Assembly (NCBI GenBank): GCA_050250515.1
Contig: JBFWON010000006.1
Location: 237-64,236 of the forward strand
Source of the DNA: Bdellovibrionales bacterium
GTDB lineage: Bacteria > Bdellovibrionota > Bdellovibrionia > Bdellovibrionales > UBA1609
Length of the DNA: 64,000 nucleotides
Direction of reading: 5' to 3'
Shown: positions 25,724-33,800 of the stretch, piece after piece
How the letters are laid out: every line of letters begins with the position of its first letter
Position numbering within the stretch: position 1 is the first letter of the stretch
Position numbers and translations under genes: made by a program
Notes under the pieces: model-generated
The model's database searches: none
The model's input: only the letters and a program-made list of their open reading frames with translations
What the model was told of the DNA's origin: nothing

Positions 25724-25752
25724 CTTCAATTCAAAATTAGAATTCGCTTCTA

Positions 25753-28161
25753 CTACACTTTAATGCGCATCGAATAAAACGAGCGGTAGACAAAGACCAG
25801 TCCGACAACGAACAAAACTCCGCCAATCCAAACCGCAATGTCATGGGCTTCGACCGCGATCTCAACGGCCAAAAGACCAAAGAGAGTCGTGAATTTGATA
25901 ATCGGGTTCAAAGCCACAGAAGATGTATCCTTGAACGGATCACCGACCGTATCACCCACAACCGTGGCCGCATGGAGGTCGGTGCCCTTTTCGCGAAGAT
26001 CCACTTCTACGTACTTCTTCGCATTATCCCAAGCACCACCGGCATTGGCCATAAACATGGCTTGGAATAATCCAAAGACAGCGATCGAGATCAAGTAGCT
26101 CGCAAAGAAAGTCGGATCGAAGCAGGCGAACGCCAAAGTGAAAGAAAAGAGAACCCCGAAGATGTTCAACATTCCAGCTTGGGCGTACTGCGTACAGATC
26201 TTCACAACCTCTTTTGATTTCTCAACCGAAGCGCGCTCCATACTATCCAAACGGATATTTTTCTTAATGTACTCCACCGCGCGGTGTGCGCCTGTGGTCA
26301 CAGCCTGCATCGAAGCGCCGGTGAACCAGAAGATCACAGCGCCGCCGGTGATCAATCCCAAAGCCACTCGAGGATCCAAGAGATCCAGCTTCAGATTGAG
26401 CAACAAAATGATCGAGAAGATCATGGTGGTCGCGCCAATGACCGCGGTTCCGACCAACACAGGTTTTGCCGTCGCCTTAAAGGTATTACCGGCAGAATCG
26501 TTTTCTTCGAGAAGGTGTTTGCCCTTTTCGAAATCCGGTTTGAAACCGAATTGTTTTTGAATGTCTGCAGCCGGGACCTGTTCAATCTGCGCCAACTCAA
26601 AGACAGATTGAGCATTGTCGGTCACAGGACCATAAGAATCGACCGCGATGGTTACCGGTCCCATTCCCAAGAAGCCGAAGGCCAAAAGACCAAAGGCGAA
26701 AACGGAGGGGTAGACCATGTAGGCGCCAAGCCCCATGCTGGCTGTGTAGTACGCGACAAACATCAAACCAACGATCGTAATGCCCTTCCAGAAGGCAGAA
26801 AAGTTACCGGCCACCAAACCAGAAAGGATGGTCAACGAAGCTCCCCCTTCACGTGAAGCATTCACAATCTCGGCCACATGGCGAGAATGTGCGGAGGTAA
26901 AGACCTTGGTGAACTCCGGGATCAAAGCACCTGCCAATGTACCGCAGGAGATAATGATCGAGAGCTTCCACCACAAACCATCGGCGGCAAAGCCAAGCAA
27001 TTCATAAGAAAGCGCAAAGGTCACCAGCATGGAGATGATCGAGGTCATCCACACTAAACTTGTGAGAGGCGCTTCGAAGTTGAACTTAGGCTTGGACTGG
27101 AAAAGGCCGCGCGTGATGGCGGAATTGATCCAGTAAGACACGATCGAGGTCAAAACCATGACAATTCGCATGGCGAAAATCCACACGATCATTTTGGCTT
27201 GAAGCTCAGTGCCACCTTCTATCAACGCCGGACGTCCATCTGGGCCGGGCATCATTCCAACCGCCAAAACGATGAACGAGATCAAGGCCACGCCCGTCAC
27301 ACCGTAGGTTTCAAAACCATCGGCTGTGGGTCCGACCGAGTCACCGGCATTGTCACCAGTACAATCGGCGATCACACCCGGATTTCGAGCATCATCCTCC
27401 TTAATATTAAAGACGATTTTCATTAAGTCCGAACCAATGTCGGCAATTTTCGTGAAGATTCCACCAGCCACACGCAGGGCCGAGGCGCCCAAAGACTCCC
27501 CGATTGCAAAACCGATGAAACAAGAACCCGCCAAATGCGAGGGCACAAAGAGCAAAATCGCGAGCATCAAAATCAGCTCGGTGCAAATCAACAAAACCCC
27601 AATCGACATTCCCGAACGAAGCGGAATGGCCATGATATCCCAACCATTACCACCCTTCAGTGAGGCAAAGGCTGTTCTCGAGTTGGCGTAAGTGTTAATG
27701 CGGATTCCGAACCAGGCCACCATATAGGAGCCCAAAATTCCCAGGACCGACCAAAGAAGAATCAGCATAACCTGACCCACGTCCATATGGCGCAAACCAT
27801 AGAAGTAGTAAACCATGGCCGAACCGATCAATATCTGAAGACCGATCAGGAATTTACCCTGCTGAAGAAGATAGGTTTTGCAGGTCTCATAGATCAGGCT
27901 GGAAATTTCCAACATCGACTTGTGTGCCGGCAAAGCTTTAATGCGTACAAACTCAACCAGGCCGAAAGCCATCCCGAGCATACACACAAATAGACCACCA
28001 TAAAGGATAGTGGTGCCTTCAATTGTTCCACCAAAGAAATCCATGCTAACCGATAAATCGGGTATCTTGAGATCCGCTTCGCTGGCCCAAGCTGGCGAAC
28101 TGACAAGAGCTAAAAGCGGAAGTCGCAAGACAGCCCGCAAATGACGAACAAATTTCCTCAT
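25753..28161 (-). CDS. hppA: Membrane-bound ion-translocating pyrophosphatase
   Basis: It is 802 aa with about 16 TM. Motifs DCTGDNAGDSVGPTADGFETY, GGAWDNAKKY and VGDTVGDPFKDTSSVALNPIIKF are present. GAGGAG lies upstream of the ATG. Confidence 0.93.
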   Translation of the reverse strand: MRKFVRHLRAVLRLPLLALVSSPAWASEADLKIPDLSVSMDFFGGTIEGTTILYGGLFVCMLGMAFGLVEFVRIKALPAHKSMLEISSLIYETCKTYLLQQGKFLIGLQILIGSAMVYYFYGLRHMDVGQVMLILLWSVLGILGSYMVAWFGIRINTYANSRTAFASLKGGNGWDIMAIPLRSGMSIGVLLICTELILMLAILLFVPSHLAGSCFIGFAIGESLGASALRVAGGIFTKIADIGSDLMKIVFNIKEDDARNPGVIADCTGDNAGDSVGPTADGFETYGVTGVALISFIVLAVGMMPGPDGRPALIEGGTELQAKMIVWIFAMRIVMVLTSIVSYWINSAITRGLFQSKPKFNFEAPLTSLVWMTSIISMLVTFALSYELLGFAADGLWWKLSIIISCGTLAGALIPEFTKVFTSAHSRHVAEIVNASREGGASLTILSGLVAGNFSAFWKGITIVGLMFVAYYTASMGLGAYMVYPSVFAFGLLAFGFLGMGPVTIAVDSYGPVTDNAQSVFELAQIEQVPAADIQKQFGFKPDFEKGKHLLEENDSAGNTFKATAKPVLVGTAVIGATTMIFSIILLLNLKLDLLDPRVALGLITGGAVIFWFTGASMQAVTTGAHRAVEYIKKNIRLDSMERASVEKSKEVVKICTQYAQAGMLNIFGVLFSFTLAFACFDPTFFASYLISIAVFGLFQAMFMANAGGAWDNAKKYVEVDLREKGTDLHAATVVGDTVGDPFKDTSSVALNPIIKFTTLFGLLAVEIAVEAHDIAVWIGGVLFVVGLVFVYRSFYSMRIKV

Positions 28162-28222
28162 GGAAAATCTCCTCTAGAGGCGTGTAGGTTGGTTACAATT
28201 ATTTAATCGACGTAAATTGAGG

Positions 28223-28247
28223 GAGAATTGACGGTGTGTCAATTCTC
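28223..28247. promoter_or_regulatory. Perfect 10-bp palindrome between the rimK operon and hppA
   Basis: GAGAATTGAC-ggtgt-GTCAATTCTC lies 21 nt after the aminotransferase stop and 62 nt upstream of the hppA ATG. No T-run follows on either strand. Confidence 0.35.
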
Positions 28248-28267
28248 AAGGCGCATAGCGCATTTGG

Positions 28268-29233
28268 TCAAAATGGAGTTCTAAGAGCTGGGTCCGTCGC
28301 CATTCGGGCCTGCAACTCGGCATGCAAACGCAGACATATAGGAGCGCCAGACCCGCGGCCAATCGCGTGACCCTCGAGCGAGGATATGGGCAATACCCCT
28401 AAGGTAGTGCCCACAAATGCAGCTTCCCTGGCGGCCTTAAGATCCTGAAGCTTCAGGTCTCCCATGCGAACATCCCTTATCTCGAGTTCCCGCCTCAGCT
28501 GCTCCGCGAGTTTCATGACCTGAGTCACCGTGGTTCCGCGTAGAGTGTAATCAAACCGGGGCACAATCAAATCCAACTCCGGCGTGATAATCATTATGTT
28601 TTCGGTAGCACCTTCCGCCAAACGCCCCGATTCGTCGACACAAACGGAAAAATCAAACCCGCGCATCTTGCACTCGCGGGACATCAAAACATTTTGCAAA
28701 TAGTTCAGCGATTTTATTTGGGCGTAAAAGCCCGGCTTGGCGGGAATCTCGCTAATCATCGCCGAGCATCCATTCACGTAGCTTTGCGCGGTGGGAATTT
28801 TAACTTTGGTAATGGCTGCATAAAGCTGCGTTCCTACACTGTCCATCGGATTGGGCGAAAAGCTTCCCGGCCCCCGAGTGAGGTACAACCGCAATATGCC
28901 TTCGGGCGCATTGCACAGACTGGCCAAATTCACGCAGATTTTTTTAATCTCCTTTTCTTCCCATCTGGCTTCGAGCCCAATTTTACTGGCGGAGGTCAGC
29001 AACCGACGCAAGTGAGCATCCAAATCAAAATAGGCCTTTTGGTGAATTCGAACAGCCTCGAAAACTCCGTCGCCACGATGAAAACCGTGATCATCCATTG
29101 GCACTTGCATGGCCCATGGCTCTTTGTAGTAACCATCGAGCCAACTGGAGTAAAAACCGTAGTAATTGGGCCAGGAGTCGATCGCCCTGTTCTGCAATTT
29201 TCCCCATGCCTGTTCGAGACTATCCCACGTCAT
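28268..29233 (-). CDS. Class IV (BCAT/D-amino-acid type) aminotransferase family protein
   Basis: The N-terminal block DDHGFHRGDGVFEAVRI and later NIMIITPELDLIVP...LRGTT...EA(A)FVGTT are characteristic of fold-type IV PLP enzymes. An ATGA overlap links it to rimK. Confidence 0.7.
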   Translation of the reverse strand: MTWDSLEQAWGKLQNRAIDSWPNYYGFYSSWLDGYYKEPWAMQVPMDDHGFHRGDGVFEAVRIHQKAYFDLDAHLRRLLTSASKIGLEARWEEKEIKKICVNLASLCNAPEGILRLYLTRGPGSFSPNPMDSVGTQLYAAITKVKIPTAQSYVNGCSAMISEIPAKPGFYAQIKSLNYLQNVLMSRECKMRGFDFSVCVDESGRLAEGATENIMIITPELDLIVPRFDYTLRGTTVTQVMKLAEQLRRELEIRDVRMGDLKLQDLKAAREAAFVGTTLGVLPISSLEGHAIGRGSGAPICLRLHAELQARMATDPALRTPF

Positions 29234-30138
29234 CAGCCTTTGCCCTTCGTCTTGTTCTTGTTCGGTTTGGCGTTTTTTTCCACGTATTCTATAATCGACC
29301 CCGCAACGTCAACGCCGGTCGCGTTCTCAATGCCCTCGAGACCAGGGGATGAATTCACCTCGATCACAAGAGGACCGTGTTTCGAGCGGATGATATCCAC
29401 ACCCGAAACACTAAGCCCCATCACGGAAGCCGCGCGGGTGGCCGTCTTACGCTCCTCGGGAGTGAGCTTTACCTCAATCGCTGTGCCGCCACGATGCAAA
29501 TTGGATCTGAAATCCCCGCTACGCGCTTTCCGCTGCATCGAAGCCACGACCTTGTTACCAATAACAAAGCAGCGAATGTCGCAGCCATCAGCCTCTTTGA
29601 TAAATTCTTGCACCAAAAAGTATTCATCGAGATCACGAAAGGCGTCGATCACACTTTCGGCCGCTTGCTGAGTCTCCGCGAGCACGACACCTTTACCCTG
29701 AGTTCCTTCGAGCAACTTGATTACCAAGGGAGCCCCACCGACGAGTTTGATCAAGTCCTCCGTCATTTTGGTGGAGTGGGCAAACCCTGTGACGGGCAAA
29801 CCGATTCCATGCTTCGACAATATCTGCAAAGCCCGCAGTTTATCTCGCGACCTGGATATGGCTACTGACTCATTCAAACAGTAAACACCCATCATCTCGA
29901 ACTGTCGAAGAACAGCTGTGGCGTAAAAAGTAATCGAGGCCCCAATACGCGGAATCACGGCCTGAAAGTCATTCAACTTTTTCGTTCGAAAATAGACCGA
30001 AGGCCGATGCGAAGTGATATCCATATAACATAACAATGGATTCACAACATCCACTTCATGCCCACGGGCTTTAGCGGCCTCCACCAACCGAGCGGTAGAG
30101 TATAAACTCGAGTTCTGTGACAAAATGGCGATCTTCAT
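29233..30138 (-). CDS. rimK: RimK-family alpha-L-glutamate ligase
   Basis: It has MKIAILS...[16 protein letters not shown] and ATP-grasp blocks ([45 protein letters not shown]). Confidence 0.9.
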   Translation of the reverse strand: MKIAILSQNSSLYSTARLVEAAKARGHEVDVVNPLLCYMDITSHRPSVYFRTKKLNDFQAVIPRIGASITFYATAVLRQFEMMGVYCLNESVAISRSRDKLRALQILSKHGIGLPVTGFAHSTKMTEDLIKLVGGAPLVIKLLEGTQGKGVVLAETQQAAESVIDAFRDLDEYFLVQEFIKEADGCDIRCFVIGNKVVASMQRKARSGDFRSNLHRGGTAIEVKLTPEERKTATRAASVMGLSVSGVDIIRSKHGPLVIEVNSSPGLEGIENATGVDVAGSIIEYVEKNAKPNKNKTKGKG

Positions 30139-30581
30139 TCGATCTCCTGAGGTCTAGAAACTAAAAATCGACGATTCGGATGGATCACGTATCGACCCTT
30201 TAAGGAGGCCCGACCCAGCAACATTCGAAAGCCCATGGGATCTCGATTGACCAAGGTGACCTCTACGGGCCAAGACTCCGAACCAATCTGAATTCGAGTG
30301 ACGATGACGGGACGAATTGTGACGTGCCCCATGGAGCTTCTTACTTTGCGCCGACCTAAGAGCGGGGCCTTCGTTCGAATTTGATGACCGTTGTTTTTGT
30401 CGGCGACGACCGTGAAGTGAGCCCAATCTTGCCCATCAGGTCCCGATTTAATTTTGACCTTGGTGGCGTGCAGTGCGCAGGTTCTGGCGCCCGAATCCAC
30501 TTTGACTTTGATTGCGCCAATTCCCAATTCGGGAAGGGAAATCATTTCGGACCAACCAATCATGTCCAATTTTTTGGCCAC
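30135..30581 (-). CDS. RimK-associated retropepsin-like protease (DUF785, 'ATP-dependent zinc protease' family)
   Basis: It has a GTG start with GGAGGA upstream. [32 protein letters not shown] contains the D-S/T-G-A motif. An ATGA overlap links it to rimK. Confidence 0.75.
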   Translation of the reverse strand: MAKKLDMIGWSEMISLPELGIGAIKVKVDSGARTCALHATKVKIKSGPDGQDWAHFTVVADKNNGHQIRTKAPLLGRRKVRSSMGHVTIRPVIVTRIQIGSESWPVEVTLVNRDPMGFRMLLGRASLKGRYVIHPNRRFLVSRPQEIE

Positions 30582-30613
30582 TTGTTCTTGTCCTCCGCTA
30601 CCTCAATTATACA

Positions 30614-30650
30614 AAAAGAAAAAAGGGGTTACAAAACCCCTTTCTTCTTT
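30614..30650 (-). terminator. Rho-independent terminator
   Basis: AAGGGGTT-acaa-AACCCCTT (30623-30642) is flanked by an A-run and a T-rich run. On the minus strand the stem is followed by a T-rich tract (TTTTTTCTTTTT). Confidence 0.7.
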
Positions 30651-30676
30651 CACATAATGAATTGGACCCGAGTCGA

Positions 30677-30919
30677 TTAGTGGCCGTCGTGCTCGCCGGC
30701 TTTCTTCTTGGCCTTCTTCATTGCTTTGTGAGCATCTTTCTTCGCGCCCTTAGCTGCTTTCTTAGCTTTGGTAGCATCTTCTTCATGAGTAGCTGTGTCG
30801 CCGCCCATGCCTGCATCCGTAGTTTCTTCCATTCCGGGCATAGCGCCGTCATCGTGATCGCCTTCGGCGAAAGCTCCGAAACTGAGAAACAAAAGTGCGC
30901 TGAGTATAATCTTGGTCAT
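30677..30919 (-). CDS. Small secreted Lys/Ala-rich protein with His/Asp/Met-rich ends
   Basis: AGGAGG lies upstream. The signal peptide is MTKIILSALLFLSFGAFA. The mature part runs EGDHDDGAMPGMEE...KAKKAAKGAKKDAHKAMKKAKKKAGEHDGH. Confidence 0.6.
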   Translation of the reverse strand: MTKIILSALLFLSFGAFAEGDHDDGAMPGMEETTDAGMGGDTATHEEDATKAKKAAKGAKKDAHKAMKKAKKKAGEHDGH

Positions 30920-31033
30920 GTCTAAGCCTCCTTAGTGAATCGCTAAATTGCATGTACCATTACTGATACTGGATGCTAGAGACAGTTTCTTAGGAAGGCA
31001 AAACCAAAAAAAGAAACTAACACAATGTAGCTA

Positions 31034-32206
31034 TCACTGCATGTTAGACTTCAACCGTTCCAGTCGTTCCTTTTCTTCCGGAGGAAGATGGACGCCCGAA
31101 CTTCCCGAGTACCCTAAGTACAAACTAGCTTCTAAACGATTATAACAGCTTTTGGCCATGGACGACTTAGGGTCTTTCATTAAGCAAGCTTCATAATAAC
31201 TTTCATGAAGATTCCAAGACCCGAGTTCATCAAGAACTTCGTAGGCCCGACCCAGCCAAAACAAGGCACGCGCCTGGTCTTGAGGGCGCTTGACAATTTT
31301 CATTCCTTGGTGAAGAGCGGCCGTCGCCCGCAAGTACTCCACGTCGCCGGCATGATCTTTTTCGAAACGCTGAATCTGTTGCGCCCGGCGGAAGCGCTTT
31401 TCCACTTCCTTAAATAATTGGCTTGCCGAAGTGATGTTGGTCTTCTTCTCATTCTCCCACTCACTCAACGATTTGCGCCAGCCATCGGCTTGCTCCACAA
31501 TGTAATGGGGAACACTCGAGCGGCTTAAGAGTCGATCCAGCTCTGTCTTGGCTCGCGCCGGTGAATTTTCCACGCGGATCATCAAAGCCAGGTAACGGCG
31601 AAGCACCGACTCAAAATCGAAAGCGTACGTCTTTTGAAAATCCTCAGACGCTAACAAACCCTCCATGTACCGGGTGGCCTCGTCAAACTTGCGGGTGGCG
31701 ACGAGCAAATCCACCCGCTCGATCGGTGCCAGATTAAGGTTTTTAACGTCGTCTAAATTCCACGCGGCCTGGCCCCCTTCTTTTGTGGCGGAATGGCAGC
31801 GGAAACAATGATTCAATGAGGCCTTGGCCACCGTTCGCGAATAATCGTATTGCCCCAGAGCAAAGCTATTGGCCGCCCGGCTGAGGTCCTCCTTCAAATT
31901 CTTCAAAGAGTACTCGACCAGCAAATCGTCACCCAAGAAAGACTTGCCCGCCCCGGCTGGAATTTGATGGGCGGCCTGGCTGAACTGTTTCAAGGACTTT
32001 AGGATCTGCTCGCGATTGGATGGATCGGTATAGGCTTTGCGATCGTAGACGAATGGCAGAAGTGCCCGCACATCTTGCGCCATATTTTGCATTTGCCCAG
32101 GCCAAGAGCGTCCACCGGCCGCATGGGACTCGGTTTTTGTGCTGGTTTTACAAGAAGTGAACACAACTGCGCTCACCAAAAGAACTAAGATCGAAAGGAA
32201 TTTCAT
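31034..32206 (-). CDS. Lipoprotein with a single CXXCH motif and a helical-repeat C-terminal half
   Basis: The lipobox-like signal is LVSAVVFTSC. CFRCH is the only heme-c-type motif. TPR-like helices include ARALFWLGRAYEVLDE. Confidence 0.5.
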   Translation of the reverse strand: MKFLSILVLLVSAVVFTSCKTSTKTESHAAGGRSWPGQMQNMAQDVRALLPFVYDRKAYTDPSNREQILKSLKQFSQAAHQIPAGAGKSFLGDDLLVEYSLKNLKEDLSRAANSFALGQYDYSRTVAKASLNHCFRCHSATKEGGQAAWNLDDVKNLNLAPIERVDLLVATRKFDEATRYMEGLLASEDFQKTYAFDFESVLRRYLALMIRVENSPARAKTELDRLLSRSSVPHYIVEQADGWRKSLSEWENEKKTNITSASQLFKEVEKRFRRAQQIQRFEKDHAGDVEYLRATAALHQGMKIVKRPQDQARALFWLGRAYEVLDELGSWNLHESYYEACLMKDPKSSMAKSCYNRLEASLYLGYSGSSGVHLPPEEKERLERLKSNMQ

Positions 32207-32283
32207 AGAAAAATCTCTTTTGTAGGTTGATAGCTTTGAGTCTTCACGCTTACCATTCTAGAAAGCGAACGGGGGAAAAGGCA

Positions 32284-33174
32284 ATGCGCATTCTGATTGG
32301 GACATTATATCTCGGCCTAATGGTTTTTTTCACAAGCTGCGCAACAGTAAAATCCTTTAAGAGCGGTCAGGTCGAACAGCAGACCAACCAGGCCTTTGAA
32401 AGTGCGGAGGAAGTCAACCAACGCATGAAAGCCGACTTTGAAGTGAAGAAGAAGCTCATAGCCGACCTCCGCAAACAAAAGTCACCTAAACTCAAAAAGG
32501 TGGACGATCAGGTCAAACAGAAACTGAACTTTATGGAGTCGAATTTGTCGGCGGCGGATGGCCACCGTAAGAAAATGACCGAGACCAAAGCCCAAATCGC
32601 TGCCTTAACTTACGGCAAAAAACAGGTGAAGGGCGATGAGCCCGCCTACTCCCAGCTCGAAGAGCAGGTGCAAAGCTTCGAGGACGCCGCCAAGGATTTT
32701 AACGCCGCGGTCGCGGATTACACACGGGAGAGTAACGGATTGGCTGAACTGGTGGCTGCCCAAAAGCTCTACTTCAATTTTGATGTGGATGAATTCCAAG
32801 CGCGGGTCAAAATGGCGATTCGCTCGTCCAATGGAAATTCCAAAACCATGGGGCAAGAAATCGATCGTACGCAAAAAATCGTCAACAGCTTTAGCGAAGG
32901 CGAAGCCCGAACGGCGGCTGAGCAGATTTTGAACAATATGACAAACCTTTCGGAAGAAAATTCGAACAAGATAAAACAAATGAACGATTTGAGTGAGCAA
33001 TTGAAGGATTTAGCCAAGGGGCAAAGTCGTATACCTAGCACCTCGCCCGACTGGGGCAAACTACAAGAGATCGTCAATGACTTTGAACGAACTAGCTTAG
33101 CGGCCGGGGAATTAAATCGAGAGTTCCAAATTCAAGTGGACCGCATGCGCCAGGCTTCGAGGTCAAACCCGTAA
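32284..33174 (+). CDS. Coiled-coil lipoprotein
   Basis: The start is trimmed to ATG 32284. The signal is MRILIGTLYLGLMVFFTSC. The rest is a Lys/Glu/Gln-rich helical sequence. Confidence 0.55.
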   Translation: MRILIGTLYLGLMVFFTSCATVKSFKSGQVEQQTNQAFESAEEVNQRMKADFEVKKKLIADLRKQKSPKLKKVDDQVKQKLNFMESNLSAADGHRKKMTETKAQIAALTYGKKQVKGDEPAYSQLEEQVQSFEDAAKDFNAAVADYTRESNGLAELVAAQKLYFNFDVDEFQARVKMAIRSSNGNSKTMGQEIDRTQKIVNSFSEGEARTAAEQILNNMTNLSEENSNKIKQMNDLSEQLKDLAKGQSRIPSTSPDWGKLQEIVNDFERTSLAAGELNREFQIQVDRMRQASRSNP

Positions 33175-33782
33175 ATCAGTTCTTCGATAATAGGACCAAA
33201 GCTTCTCTCACCTGAGACCACACGATCGGCGAATCTTCTCGACGGCTCAACAAAGAGTTCATGCATGGGCTTAACATGCTTTTCGAGCTGGTAACGAACC
33301 CCGGCCTCATCTCGGCCCCTCTCCATCACATCCCGCCGAAGTCGGCGTTGAAAGCGAAGATCTTCTTTGGTGTCGATGAAAAAGGTGAAATCAAATAGCT
33401 CGCGGAGTTCACGTTCAGCCAAGACCAGAATCCCTTCCACCACGATCAAAGGCCGACAGGGGAAGATTTCTTCCTTAAGGAGCCGACGATGAGTTCGAAA
33501 ATCATAGCAAGGCACCGGCACGTTTTGGCCGGATTTCAGCAGCTTGAGATTGTGAATCAGCAAAGAAAAATCGACCGCGTCGGGGTGATCAAAGTTAACG
33601 ACACCCCCGTCTTGATCAAAATGATCATGACGATCGTGATAGTAGCGATCTTGGGCGAGAATGCCGCAAAAACGCTCGCCTAAATTGGCCTGCAACATCT
33701 TAGCAAAGGTGGACTTTCCCGATCCACTCCCGCCTGTCACACCGACCACCATCACCGCTGACCGCAAAACCCCTCCCCTCAA
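33132..33782 (-). CDS. udk: Uridine kinase paralogue
   Basis: It has GVTGGSGSGKST, NFDHPDAVDFSLL, VPCYDFRTHRR and VKPMHELFVEP. The start is TTG 33782 or ATG 33752. Its 3' end overlaps the convergent gene by 43 nt. Confidence 0.85.
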   Translation of the reverse strand: MRGGVLRSAVMVVGVTGGSGSGKSTFAKMLQANLGERFCGILAQDRYYHDRHDHFDQDGGVVNFDHPDAVDFSLLIHNLKLLKSGQNVPVPCYDFRTHRRLLKEEIFPCRPLIVVEGILVLAERELRELFDFTFFIDTKEDLRFQRRLRRDVMERGRDEAGVRYQLEKHVKPMHELFVEPSRRFADRVVSGERSFGPIIEELIYGFDLEAWRMRST

Positions 33783-33800
33783 GGCCTTCCGCCGATTCGA

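Noticed and set aside
25534-25740. 68-aa plus-strand ORF in the trhO-hppA spacer
   Set aside because: It has no RBS, runs through the hppA terminator hairpin, and has an odd composition. It is reported only as part of the spacer finding.
28694-29671. 325-aa plus-strand ORF
   Set aside because: It is antisense across the aminotransferase/rimK junction. It spans two real genes coupled by an ATGA overlap, so it is a shadow ORF.
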